Of a DNA stretch of 64,000 bases, positions 14,247 to 28,706 are shown piece after piece; position 1 is the first letter of the stretch; every line of letters begins with the position of its first letter. Position numbers and translations under genes: made by a program. Location: the NCBI RefSeq assembly GCF_009914755.1, contig NC_060926.1; one strand, written 5' to 3'. The stretch is from the human T2T-CHM13v2.0 reference genome, Homo sapiens. The notes below the pieces were generated by a model. It had not been told where the DNA came from, did no database searches, and saw nothing but the letters and a program-made list of their open reading frames with translations.

Positions 14247-14400
14247 TATTCATCCTGAGAAGTGGGCCCAAACACGAGCCTTCCTCCCGCACAGTGCCCG
14301 TCCACCACCAGTCCCTCCAAGCTTATTCATCCTGAGAAGTGGGCCCAAACACAAGCCTTCCTCCCGCACAGTGCCCGTCCACCACCAGTCCCTCCAAGCT
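14247..14400. repeat. 77-bp tandem duplication
   Basis: 14247-14323 versus 14324-14400 with one mismatch (cacgag/cacaag). Confidence 0.95.
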
Positions 14401-14990
14401 GGGCCAACACACACCCCACTGTACTGCCTCAGGCACCAAGTACTCAGTGCCTGGGCAGATCCTGGGCAGCAGGAGGTTACAGAGCCCCTCCTAAGCAGTG
14501 GGAGGCGGTCAACACCTTATCTCATCATGACTGTGGCTATTTGACAGGTGAGGGGACTGGAGCTCACTGAGATAGCACCCAGAATGTGAACCCAGGTCTT
14601 TCAAGTCCTAAGCCAGGGGTCTGTCCATGGCCTCAAACAATCCTCCCTCCTGGCCAGCTCTTGGAATTGAATATTTTCAGTGACACTGGGTAGATCAGGG
14701 ACAATGTCCCTCTCAGGGAAAAAACTCATGTTCATTACAGGCTCAGAGACAGGGGACTCTCAGCACACACAAACAGGTAACGCTCCCACAAAATGTCAGG
14801 CATCTGGGGGTTGTTCTGGGGCCTCTGCAGCTGCCTTGAAGTGGGAGGGGTGTCCTTGGAACAGGAGATTGGAGGACATGAGCCCCCCCACCAAGTCCCA
14901 GAGTCACGGAAGGCTCTGGAGGAAATGGGAGCTGTGAAGTCAGAGAAAGGGGCTCCCCCACCCAGGGGTCAAGAGGATGGGGTCTTTGAA

Positions 14991-15156
14991 TTTTGTTTTT
15001 TTTGTTTGTTTGGCTTGGTTAAAAAGAATTTTTTTTAATAGAAACAGTGTCTTGCTACATTGCCCAGGCTGGTCTTGAACTCCTGGGCTAAAGGGATCCT
15101 CCCACCTCAGCCTCCTAAAGTGCTGGGACTACAGGCATGAGCCACCGCACCCGGCC
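14991..15156 (-). mobile_element. Alu left monomer (FLAM-like)
   Basis: A single Alu arm ending ccggcc at 15156 with a T-rich tail. Possible TSD tctttgaa on both sides. Confidence 0.85.
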
Positions 15157-16439
15157 ACTCTTTGAACTTTGGGCTATGGATCAGGGTGAAGGGCTGAGAC
15201 CTGGGGAACAAGGGAGGCTCCTGGAGGGAACATGAGTGATACAGAGTCCTGAGGGGCGCAGCAGAAGGGGGAGTAACAAGGACGCAGAAAAGAGAAAGAA
15301 CAAAGAAATAAAGACAGGGAGGGGGATCTGAAACACCCGAAGGAGCAAGGCTGCGGGGAGAGGATGGAGACACAGGCGCTGGAAAGTCCTGTGGGATCCT
15401 GGTGGTCCTAGAGAACAGCCCTCGCTTCAGTCTCTTTCTCCCCCTGTAACCTGACAAATGTTCTAGGGCTGCAGTTCTAAAGTCTGTGGACACCCACACA
15501 CTCACACACACACAGCTCACACACATGCACCCCTAAATCTCAAGTGTCCCTCTGGGCAGCTCAGTCAATGAGGTCTAGAGCTGTCCCAGGCACTTCTCCA
15601 ATGAGAAAACTGCGGCCCAGAGAAGGGCTGTGGCTTTCCCAGAGGTGCCTTGGATCCTGGGGAGATTGCTGGGAAGAGGACCTATGTGTCCCCATGGCCT
15701 CAGTTTCCTGGAAGACAATAAGACCAGCCAGTCAAACTGAGGCATGAGGCCTCCTAAGAAAAGGAAGGAGAGGAAGGAAGCAGCTCAGGGACTCTGGGAC
15801 GTGACTTTCCCAGCCCTAAGGAGACGGGATCAGGGAGCGTCAGAGCAGTGACCCAAGCTTGACAGCAGCTCAGAGAGGACAGGACCTTGGCTAGCAATGA
15901 AAGCACAGGCTGGGGGCACGAGGAGTAGGACCACGGTATGGAGCGCAGCTGGAAGACGGGGTGTGTTCCCACGAGGCCACCCCCAGGGCGGCCCGCCCCC
16001 ACCCCGGTAAGGCAGCTGTGCTTCCCAGAGCCCAGTGGCCCCATGGTGGCCAGCCCCTTCCGAGCCAGCCAGGCAGCCTTACATGGACATCTCAGGGACA
16101 TGGTATTTATGAGATGAGGTATCCAGTGAAGCAGCCATGCAAGCTCCCCCTCCCTGCCCAGCTTCACTCCAAGGTGCCGCACTCCTCCCACTGTGTCTCT
16201 GCATACACACCCAGCCCCTTCCAGAGCCCCCTCTCCTTCCTGGGGACAGGACGGTGGGACTGGCAGGCTAAGGCTGTACATGAGAGGGAGCCGACACTGG
16301 ACTCCTGATTTCACCAGGTAAAAACCATGAAATAAGGACCCATCAGAAACAGTCAGCATGTATCACCAATTGGCCGGTGAAGATGGTGGCAATGATATAT
16401 GTCAATATATGATTACTATGGAAATAGACAGAGGCCTGA

Positions 16440-16856
16440 GAGAGCACAGCTTCTATGTTCTTCTGCCTGATTCAAAGAAACCAATCCAAATAAGACATTT
16501 TTGAGATAATTAGAGAAAATTGAACACAGATGGGGTAGTAGCTGATCATAAGAAATTATTATTAATGATGTTAACTGTGATAATGGTATTATGGTAATGT
16601 TAAAATAAAAAGTCCTTATCTATTAAAGATGCATACTGAAGTATTTAAAGTAAAGTGATATAATGTCTGGGGTTTGCTTGAAAAGTACTCCCGCAAAAAA
16701 AAAAAAAAAAAAAAAAGGTGGGGAGAAGAGGGAGAACAGATGAAACAAAAACAGCAAAAAATGGATGGTTGTTGAAGCCGGGGGTAGGTACAAAGGAGTT
16801 CATTGCATCATTCTTGGTACTTCTGTATAGGTTTTAAATCTCCCATAATAAAGAAT
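16440..16856 (+). mobile_element. L1MC-type 3' fragment
   Basis: AT-rich, with tgtgataatggtattatggt, atactgaagtattta and tgttgaagc..gggt motifs. Confidence 0.7.
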
Positions 16857-16857
16857 T

Positions 16858-16888
<31 letters not shown>

Positions 16889-18143
16889 AGGAGCTCATCT
16901 GATTCCAAGTTTCCTAAAGTGTGAGATTCAAGATGATCTTAGTTGGAAACATAGCACAATTTTATTTTAATATTTATGTATTTCAAGAAAAATTAAAAAC
17001 ATATCGTAGACCAAGACCATACCTTCTATCACTTAGAATACATAAAAGGTTTAAAAAAAAGCAAACTGGGTTTTTTTAAATGAAGTGAGCAGTCGTGTAG
17101 GATGGTGATAACTGACATGGTCAAATGGGAAAGGAGAAAATGCCAGATGCCGTTAGGAAACAGTGAGCTCACCCAAGGTGCCCCTTCATGGGAAGCTGAC
17201 ATGCAGTCCCACACGGCAGTCACGCACCCTCTTCCCAAACCGTCGTCTGCATCCTGAGCATGCAGGTTCATGGCTACACGGGAGACATCGGTCACAGAGG
17301 AAGAGCACGCTGGCGGTGGGTGGGTGGATGGCTGGGATGGAGAATGACGATGGTAAATGATGATGACAGTGGCTTTTCACCAAGGGTGGCTCTGGACTAG
17401 TTCTTTACTTCCATTTTCTCCAATCCCCACATAGCCCTCATGGGTAGACCTAACCATGTCCATCTTACAGACAGGTAAAGTGTGACTGAGAGAGGAGAAG
17501 CGACCTTCTCAACGCCCCAAGACCAGTGGGTGGCAGAGCCGGATGTTGAACTCACATTTCTTTGACACCCAAGCCTGCACTTGTTGAACCGCCCAGGCAG
17601 GCAGGTAAGCAACCAGTCCAGCGGGAGCCTGAGGCCCAGCAGATGGTGGGTGAGGTTAGGGTGGGTTAGGGTAGTGCCCTGAAGAAGGCTTCCTCCTTGC
17701 CCAGGTTTCTAACTCTACACCTCTAGGAAACTGAGGATGGGAGAATGAGGAACTCAAACCTTCTACAAGGTTCTCAGCACCTGGAGATCCGCAGCCAGTT
17801 TTCATGGCAGCCCAGGCCCCAGGCCACTGAGCAAGTCTTGCCTCCCATTCTTGCATCTTCTCTCAGGACCAGGGTCCTGTGTCCTGGGATGAGACAGGCT
17901 GAAGGGGAACCTAGTGCTGCACTGTGCGGGGAGGGGGCTGTTGGGACATCGGCAGCCCAGGAGTCCTGGTTTCACCCATTCCTTAGCTGTGTAATGTAAG
18001 GCATGCAGCTTCACCTCTCTGAGCCTCAGTTTCCCCCTCCTCCCCACCTTACTTTCTCTGTTCCTGCTAAAACTGGAATGGTAGTAATAGCAACTTCTTC
18101 ATGGGTTGTTTGAAGAATTTATTGACACAACTCACATAAAGCA

Positions 18144-18500
18144 CTTAGGATGGAAACTGGTGTCTTAGCATGGAACCTTAGCATGGAACCTGGTATCTTA
18201 GCATGGAACCTTAGCATGGAACCTGGTATCTTAGCATGGAACCTGGTGTCTTAGCATGGAACCTTAGCATGGAACCTGGTGCCTTAGCATGGAACCTGGT
18301 ATCTTAGTATGGAAACTTAGCATGGAACCTAGTGCCTTAGCATGGAATCTTATCATGGAACCTGGTGTCTTAGCATGGAATCTTATCATGGAACCTGGTG
18401 CCTTAGCATGGAACCTTAGCATGGAACCCTAGCCTGGAACCCGGTGCCTTAGCATGGAATCTTAGCATAAAACCTGGTGCCTTAGCATGAAGACTGGTGT
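18144..18500. repeat. Minisatellite of 21 units mixing 13-bp and 20-bp variants (cttagcatggaac[ctggtgt])
   Basis: Parsed directly as 12 long and 9 short units, 357 bp in total. Confidence 0.95.
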
Positions 18501-20072
18501 CTAATTGCTTAATAAATGATAACCACTATTATTATTATTATTATGGACTATCCCACCCAATGTCCACACTCAAGCCCTTTGGTATTCAAGGTTCTGATGA
18601 GACTGGCCCAAGGGAAGCAGCTGGGTGGGCATTAGCCGGAGGACACAGAGGCAGCTGGACGCCTCTGTGGGTGGAGGGAGAGAGGGGCAAGTGGGGGCCT
18701 CAGCTCTAGCCTCTCCAGGAATGCGGCTGGGGCTGGGAGGGTGGGAGTGAGGGGAGATGCCTCGCCGCTGAGGTCAGGCCCTATTCAGAGCTGGCAGAGT
18801 GTTTATCATCATCCTCACGTGTGAAGGGAGGAGGGTGGAGAAGGAAGCCGGCAGGAGGAGGAGGAGGAGGAGCAGCAGCTGCAGAGGGTCTAGAAGGGAC
18901 TCTCAGTAGGGCCACCGCTGCACAGCCCCTCACCTACCCTTGTACTGGGGTCCTAGGAGACTCCACCAGTCCCTCCACTAACTCACCCAGTGAGTGGGGG
19001 GCAGAAGGAGTGTCCCCGACTCATTGACCCATCCAGGAACAGGACATCCACCCCACAACATGTACCATTTACAAAGCTCTTCACAGCAACCCTGCAAGCC
19101 AGGTGTTATTTTCATTATCCCTATCTTACATTTGAGGAAATTGAGGCTGGGGGTGGTCAAGTGTGCTGCCAAGAATGCTCACTGATACTAGCCCCATCTC
19201 CTGGTCTCCACACAGAACACAGAGGCAGCTGGATGCCTCTGACAGTGGAGGGCAAGGGGGACCAGTGGGGGACTCAGTCTCAGCCTCTTGGGAACATGGC
19301 CAGGTCTAGGAGGCTGGCTCCCAGGGGTGGATGCAGGGCAGGGGGCATGTGAGAACAGATGTGGTCTTAGAGGGCACAGATGGCCCATGCTGTTTTCCAC
19401 AGGTCCATGCCAGGCAGGCTGGGACTCTAGCACTCGGCCTCCACGTACCAGCAGCCCAGCTTCTGATCCACACCTCCAGACACACACCCCACCAGTGCGG
19501 GAAGGCTCAGCCTTTCCCCGCCCAACACAACCATTTCTGTCCTTGAGATTCCAATTAAGGGAGTCCCAGCTGCTCCTTCAGTCCCCTGTCCCCCTTCCAG
19601 TCTCCCTACCACCAGAGGACAACCCCTCCTTAGGACAACCCCAATTCCCTCCAGCTGCAGTTCGATCTGTTTCCCCCTAGGCTGTCCTCCAGGAAGACCA
19701 AGAAAAGCACCTGGTTACCCTCAGTGACTGTCTGGTAGCCACTCCTCTACTGAATCACGAACCACTCTGAGCCTCAGTTTCTCCTCGTGGAAAAAAGGAA
19801 AACAACTGGCACCCAGGGAAGCAGTAGGATGCCAAGGCCCCATCAGTGAGGGAGGTCTTTGGGATGTATGTAGGGTTTTCCCCTTGCAGGAAGGCTCCTC
19901 TCTCCCTAGCTTCCATGTCTCCCTCCCAAATCCTGGAAAGCCACATACTCCCTCTCCTCCCATCCTCCCCCAGCAGCCTATAGAACTTCAGGGAGCTCTG
20001 TCCAGTTAGGGAGCCCTGCTCAGTGGCTTTCGATTCAAATCCCAGAGGGTTTCCCACCACCATCTCAGGGTG

Positions 20073-20134
<62 letters not shown>
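20073..20134. repeat. Compound microsatellite (TC)n(AC)n(AG)n
   Basis: Seen directly in the sequence. Confidence 0.97.
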
Positions 20135-20625
20135 GCTGAAGCTGTAATTCCTGCCTGGGCTCTATGGTTGACCCACTTTGGTCTGTCTGTTACCCTCTTC
20201 CAAACTGCTCAGATCAGAGAGAGGAACCACTTTGGTCGGCACCACCTTAGCCTCTCCTTAAAGGGAAGAATATCCCAGGTGTGTCCCCAGGAGGAGTGAA
20301 AACTCCAGGTCCAAGTCCTGAAAGTACCTGAAGCCAAGCCCTTGGCTTTCTCACTCTGGCTTAAAGGCAGGCCTTTAAAATCCTCTGATCCCCTACATAC
20401 CCAGGAACAATGCTTCTCCCATCTTACAAATGAAAGGAGGGATTTGCACAAACCCTCACAGAGAGTGGGAATCAAAGGTCACAGCTGAAAACGAAAGATG
20501 CCAGGACCTGAATGATACACTTTCATCCCAAATCAGCCCGGTGGGACCCCCCCATTCTTCATTCACCCAACCCATGTTGACATAGGAAATGATTTCCATA
20601 CTCCCGAGAAAAGAACTTTTGCTGA

Positions 20626-20990
20626 GTGTGATGATGAGTTCTCTGTATCAACTTGACTAGGCTATAGTACCCAGTGATTTAACCAAACACTACTCCAGTC
20701 TACAGTCTACAGTCAGATTAATGTCTACAGTCAGGGACCTTAAGTAAAGGAGGCTAACCTTGAAAAGGTGGGTGGCCTTCTCCAATCAATTGAAGGCCAT
20801 AAGAGCATAAACTGAGGTTTCCTGAAAAATAAGATATTCTGCCTCAAGAATCTGCAACATCAACTGCTACCTGAGTCTCTGGCCTACACACTTCACACTT
20901 GCCAGGCCCCACAATTGTGTAAGCCAATCCCTTACAATAAATTTCTTAATATGGGTTCTGTTTCTCTGGAGAACCCTGATGAATAAAATG
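20626..20990. mobile_element. ERVL solo LTR (MLT2-like)
   Basis: Starts with tcaacttgactaggctatagtacccag and ends with ttctgtttctctggagaaccct. Confidence 0.8.
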
Positions 20991-21008
20991 AGTAGATAAG
21001 AGAAGTCA

Positions 21009-21314
<306 letters not shown>

Positions 21315-21329
21315 TTAAGAACCATGGGT

Positions 21330-21935
21330 CCTACCAACACAAGGAGCTCCCATTGGCCATGGCTAGATCAATTGGATTCAAGAAAAAAAAATGACCATAT
21401 GAGTTTATGATCCATAAAGTGAATGTCAGGGTGTCCATACTGACAAATAAATAATGGAATAAATCAGTAAAATGGGGATAAGGCACCATTCTTTACAGTA
21501 GAATTCCAGTTAATAAATGTAGAAAGAATGATGGAAAGAGAAAATCAAACACACCCAAATTGAGGGACATTCTTCAAAATAACTAACCAGCACTCTCCAA
21601 AAGTGCCAAACTCATCAGCAACAAAGAAAGACAGAAGAACTGTCCCAGATAGGAGAAGACTCAGGAGACACGATGACCACATGCAATGTGGGATCCTGGA
21701 TTGGATCCTAGATCAGAAAAAGGGCAGTGGTGGGAACACTGGCCAAATTCTACTACAATCCTCAGATTAACGTCAGATCAATGTGAATGTCCTGGTTTTG
21801 ATAACCGTGCATGGTTATGTAAGATGTCAGCATTAGGGGGAGTTGGGTGAAGGATATAAGGAAACTCTGTACTATTTTTGCAAATTTTGTGTAAGTTTAA
21901 TCATCTCAGAATACAAAGTAACAAAACAAAAACTT
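21330..21935 (+). mobile_element. L1MC-type 3' fragment
   Basis: Contains acccaaattgagggacattct, atgcaatgtgggatcctggattggatcct and ctctgtactatttttgcaa. Confidence 0.8.
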
Positions 21936-22434
21936 GGGTTCTAAGGAAGGCACAGATTAGGGTCAGATGAGGGTCAGAGGATAGTTCAAGAATTAAGTCC
22001 TTGGAAGGGGAGAGGAGTTCAACCTGAGAGGTCCCGAGATACCTCCAGGAATCAGACAAGGGATGCTCAGACTAAGAGGGCAGAGGAGGAAGAATGCAGA
22101 CCACCCAGGGAACACGGAAAACAGAACTGGCCCAGGGATAATTGGCACAGGTGCTCCGGCACGGGGTCATCACCTGGAGAGAGCCAGACTGCATCTAATG
22201 ACAATAACCATGCCACCGCCACCACACCACAGCCATCACAGGTCACTGGCTATCATGCACCGGGAGCGTAAAAGCACTCTCCATACCTAGCTCATCTAAT
22301 CCTCACCACAAGACTGCAGGCAGGACTCATGACCCCAGCTTATGGACCAGGAAGCTGAGAACCTGCGCACTTGAGAAAATGGCCCAAGGCTACTCAGCTA
22401 TAAGCAGGGGAGGCAGGAAACAAATCGGCTCTAA

Positions 22435-22615
22435 TGTATATTTCCAAATAGCTAGATAAGAATAATTCCAGTGTTTCTAGCATGAAGAAAAGATAAATAT
22501 TTAAGTTGATGGATATCCCAATTACACTGATTTGATCTTTACAAATTATATGACTGTATTAACTCATCACGTGAGCCATGAAAATATGTACATTTACCGA
22601 AAAAAAAAAAAAAAA
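22435..22615 (+). mobile_element. L1MA-type extreme 3' end with poly(A)
   Basis: tatttccaaatagctaga...gatggatatcccaattac followed by an A tail. Confidence 0.75.
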
Positions 22616-22793
22616 GGCCAGGCTCAGTGACTCACACCTCTAATCCTAGCACTTTGGAAGGCCTAAGTGGGAAGATTGCCTGAGCTCAGGAGTTTGAGAC
22701 CAGCCTGGGCAACATGGTGAAACCCCATCTCTACTAAAAATACAAAAAAAAAAAAAAAATTAGTCGGGTGTGGTAAAATTTCTTAAAAATCAG
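22616..22793 (+). mobile_element. 3'-truncated Alu directly after an L1 poly(A) tail
   Basis: Left arm, A-rich linker and only the start of the right arm. Confidence 0.9.
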
Positions 22794-25119
22794 CTCTGAC
22801 TCCCCAGGCCCCAAATCTTAAAACAAGAGACTTTGACTGTTTCCAGTCCAACCTTCCTCCCCACAACGTAAGACAGCTACTGAGAGCTCACCTCCTCACA
22901 AGACGGCTGGTCCAGTGGAGAACATTCAAATTGTCTTCCCTGGAGGTTCGGGAGGCCTCAGTAAAGCAAAACATGACAAGCCAGTTTACACTCACTTCCT
23001 CCACCCAACCCAACTGCAGCCTCTGTCCTCAGACTTTATTCACAGAGGGGTGCTGATCATAATTGCTAGCATTTATCTATTGCTCTAAGCACTTTGTAGG
23101 CATTAATGCATTTAATTCTTACAATCATCTTATGAAGCAAGATCTATGTTTATGACTATTACAGATCAAGAACTCAAGTCACAAAGAGGCTGTGCAACTT
23201 GTCCAGTGTCAGAGATAGTGAGTGTTGAAGAAGAAAAGTCAGACTTGGCACTCAGCTCAGATTCTCTCCCCAGGCCTCTCCCTAAGCCTGGGCTCAAGTC
23301 CCCGGTCCTGGTTCCACCACCTTACCGGCTGTGTGAGCGCACTGCTCAATCATCTGAGGCGTTTCCTCCTCTGTGCCCTAGCGATTATATTAATACCTAT
23401 CTTGTAGTGTTGCTGTGAGGATTAGATTAAATAGATCCTGTGTGTGCTAGGATATAGGAGTTTTGGAAGCTGCGCGCTGATGTGGAATTCAAGCCAGTGT
23501 GAGTTCTGTATGCAGACGAGGGCTCCAGGGCTTTCCTGCTGCTCCTCCAACCACATGTGACCCACGAGTGACCTTCCTCCCCTGCTTCCTTGAACAGGAC
23601 CTAGTCTGAACCCAGACACCCCTGGACACCCTCGCTTGGGTGCGCCGGGCCGCGCCAGAGGAAACAGGCCAGGGGGTTAATCTGTGACTCGCTCTGTGTT
23701 CTGCTGTGCCCCAAGACACATACACCCCTCTCCTCCTAACGGCCCCCCGCTAACATCCCACCCACCTGCCCGCTGCAAGGGGCATTGGCCAAGTCACTCA
23801 TCAGCCAGGAGCCAGAACCCCCAGAGAGAGGGAGCAGGGGTGTCAAAGATCCTTGGCAGGGCGGAGCAGAGATAAACAACTGCAGGGGAGGGGAATACAC
23901 AGGGCCAGCAGGTGGCTGCAGGCAGAGGAATCCATTGGAACAGGTTAAGGGAACGCGAACCACAGTCATTCAGTGGAGCTGCCCTGGCCTGCTGGCTGGT
24001 GGATTTCTGGGGCACTTAGCTGTTTGTTATTTCTGGGGCACTTAGCTCTTTATTATCCTAGGATCTCAGAAGAATAGAACAAGAGTTATCTATTGAGCAA
24101 AAGCCTATCACATGCCAGGATTTTACCTACATTCTCTCTAATCCTCCCACCAACCTTGCAAGGTCAGCATGATATCAGCAAGATATCAATGTCACCATTT
24201 TTATACAGCTGAGGAAACCTGATTTCAGAGTGGGAGTGACTTGCCTGATACAACAAGGTTCATGTAAATAGCAGAGTCAAGAGCCTCCTAAGCCGGAGGC
24301 CACAGGGACTCCAACTGCATGCACCAGGCCACCTCTCCTGCTGTCCAGGCTCAGGAAGTGGGTAGTTCTAGGTCAGTGGCTTGGGAGGCTCAGAGAACTA
24401 CAACTGAGTCTGAGCCTCCAGGCAGAGCCCAGCAGCAGAGAATGCTAGGTTCTCATAAGGCATCCTGGGCCTCCCTCCACACCAGCAGGTTCTCTCAGCC
24501 AAGGTGGAGCCCCAGGAGGCAAGGAGCTGCTACTCACCACTGCCAGGCTCACCACACCCCGGGAGGCGGCCGTCCACCAGCAAAGGCCTTGCTCTCCCTG
24601 CTTAGCCAGCTCAACGGGCACCACAGACCCCCCGAGCTAGAAGCCAGAAGCAGCCAGGGTGGCTGGTGTGGACCAGGGGTCTCCTCCCACCTCACCGATA
24701 GAGCTCCTAACCTGAACTGGACCTTCTGCCCTCCCCTGGTACCACACCACAAACCCCGCCCTCCTAGATCCCTCACCTGCTCAGTGGGACTCCACTGGTC
24801 TTTGTTCCCTCTAGCGTGCTTCATCCAGCATCCTGTTCCACCAGGACCCCAGGACTTTCCTCTCCTCTCTCTCTCTCTCCATTCTCCATCTCCCATTTGC
24901 CCTTCTCTCTGCTCTGGGCTCCTACCCTCCCCCTCTCTCTAACTCCTCTGGTCTCTCAGATGCAGCAAACCCTTGTGTGATGTTTACACAGCCGCAGCGT
25001 CAGAAACGCTGAAAAATATGAGACCTTTGGGGAGCCACATTCCAGGAAAATGAGAAGCCAGTCACAGCTCAGTGTCTCTTCACCCCCAGCCTTGCCCCTC
25101 CCTGCTATGGGGAGCAGGC

Positions 25120-25120
<1 letters not shown>

Positions 25121-25171
<51 letters not shown>

Positions 25172-25180
25172 CGCGTGTGT
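25121..25180. repeat. Compound microsatellite (GT)n(GC)n(GT)n
   Basis: About 60 bp of unbroken purine-pyrimidine alternation. Confidence 0.97.
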
Positions 25181-25891
25181 AAGGAGACAGCAAGAGAGAG
25201 AGAGACTCAAAGATGTCAGGGGAAGTTAAAGCTTCTTGCAAAATTGTTATAAAGCAAGAGAAAGTAGCTTCTCCCCCAAAACCTACCTCATCCTTGAATC
25301 CATCCCCAGCGAAGCTGAAGCCAGAAGAACAGACACCAGGGGAAGCAGTAACTTCCCCAGGGCCTGCATCCAGTTAAGTTGAAGAGGCATTTCCCAGGGC
25401 AAACACGGGCTCCACAAGCGCTGCCAGGGACCCAGCATCAGATGTTGGAAAATAATGCAGATCCCTAAGTCTAACCCCAGATGCACTGAGTCAAACTTGA
25501 CAGGGCAGGAGTATGCTGAACAGGCTCACCAAGCGATGCTGAGGCTCACTGAACAGCACAAGGGAACACTGACCCATTGCTCTCCCCTAAGCAATGATAA
25601 AGTCAGAAAATCATGAAGTCACAGCTGTGGGGAGTAGAGGCTGAGTGTGGAACACGAAAGGTCCCTTGCTGTACTGAAATCCATCAGACATTAGAGCCAG
25701 ACTCTCAGACCCGAGCAGGAAGCCCACATCACTGCCTGCTGGTTGCATAACTGGTGTTAAGACTTTCCCTTCAATGGCTCATCTGACAGTGTGAACAATC
25801 ACATCTGCTTTATATGTGGTATTTCAAGGATTAAATGAGAAGAGTGTCACGTAGTCACCATGCAGGGGATACTTAATAAACAGTGTCTATA

Positions 25892-26279
<388 letters not shown>

Positions 26280-27501
26280 TCAGCTAGATTGATTAAGATT
26301 CAAAGAAAGAAGACTCAAATTACTCAAATCACAAGTGAAAGAGGGGACATTACTACCAACCTTTCAGAAATAAAAAGAATTATGAAGAAATACCATGAAT
26401 AAATCAGATAGCTAAGATAAAATAGACAAATTCCTAGAAAGGCATAAACTACCAAAACTGACTCAAGAAGAAATTAGAAATCTGAATAGACCTATAATAA
26501 ATAAAGAAATTGAACTGGCAATCAAAAAACTACACGCAAAGAAAAGCCCAGGTCCCGATGGCTTCACAGGTTTAAATGTTCTCCACAAACTTTTAAAGAA
26601 GAATCAATATCAATTCTTTACAAATTCTTCCAAAACATAGAAGACAAACAAACACCTCTCAAATCATTCTATGAGGCCAAAACCAAAGATATCAAAGGAA
26701 AAAGAAAACTACCGTCCAATATCTCTTTCGAATATAGATGTAAAAATCCTCAAGAAAATGCTAGCAAAGTGAATCCAGAAACATTTAAGAAAGAGAATTA
26801 TACACCATGACCAAATGGGACTTATCCCAGGAATGAAAGGTGGTTTTAACAACTGAAAATCAATTGATGTATTATACTGTATCAATAGACTAAAAAAACA
26901 AAAACTACATGATCATCATTAAAAGAATTTGACAAAATCCAACACCATTTCATGATTTCAAAAACATTCAACAAACTAGGAATAGAAGGAAACTTCCTCA
27001 ACCTGATGAAGGGCATCTGTGAAAAATCCACAGCTAATATCATGCTTAGTGGTGAAATATTGGATAGTTTCCTCCTAAGTTCGGGAACTAGACAACAATT
27101 TCTGCTCTTGCCACATCTAGTAACATTGTATTGAAGTTTCCAGTCAGGACAATTAGGCAAAAAATGAAATAAAAAGCATCCTGGTTGGAAAGGAAAAACT
27201 AAAACTATATTCACAGAGGACATCATCTTGTATGTAGAAAATCCTAAGGAACCCCTTAAATACTATTAGAATTAATAAATACTGATGATTGTAAGATAAA
27301 TCATCACTACACAAAATCAATTATATTTTCATATACTGACAATGAAAGACCTAAAAATGAAATTAAGAACAACTCCATTTAAAACAGCATCAAAAAGAAC
27401 AAAATACTGAAGAAAAACTTCACAAAAGAAGTAAAAAATATATACTCTTAAAATTACAAAATATTGTTGAAATAAATTAAAGAAGATATAAATAAATATA
27501 A

Positions 27502-27852
<351 letters not shown>

Positions 27853-28706
27853 TCAAAATTGTTAAGATGGCAATACTCCCCCAGTTGGCCCACAGAGTCA
27901 ATGCAAACCCTATCAGAATTCCAACTGGCTTATTTGTAGAAATTGACAGGCTGATCCTAAAATTTATTTAAGGGACACAGAATAGCCAAGACAACCTTGA
28001 AAAAGAATAAAGTCAGAGAATTCACACTTCCCAATTTTGAAACTTAATACTAATGATGCCAAGATCATTCAGTGGGGAAAGAATGATCTTTTCACCAAAT
28101 AGTGCTGGAACAAATGGATAACCACATGCAAAACAGCATTTACCTTACTTCACATCATATATAAAAATTAACTCAAAATGGATAAAAGACCTAAATATAA
28201 GAGCCAAAACTGTAAACTCTCAGAAGAAAACAGGGGTAAATCTTTGTGACCTTGGATTTGGCAATAAATTCTTAGATATGAAAGCAAAAGCACAAGCCAC
28301 TAAAGAAAAAATAAACTAGACTTCAACTAAATTCAAAACTGGCTTTTAAGACAACCAGAGAATAGAAAAAAAAAATTCAGATCTATATTTGATAAGGAAT
28401 TTGTATCCTGAACGTATAAAGAACTTTTACAACTCAATAATAAAAGACAAATAACCCAATTTTTTAAATGAACAATGTCAATAAACATTTCTCCAAAAAA
28501 GATACACAAATAATCAATAAACACATGAAAAGACACTCAACATCATTACTCATCAGGGAAATCAAATCAAAACCATGATGAGATACCACTTGACATCCAC
28601 TAGAATGGCTACAATCAAAAAGTCAGATAATAACAAGTGTTGACAAGGATGTGGAAAAATTGGAAACTTCACATATTGCTAGCAAGAATGTAAAATGGCA
28701 CAGCTA

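Noticed and set aside
18144-18500. CRISPR-like repeat array
   Set aside because: There are no unique spacers, only a present or absent 7-bp extension. The context is eukaryotic, there are no cas genes, and the array is embedded in a MIR.
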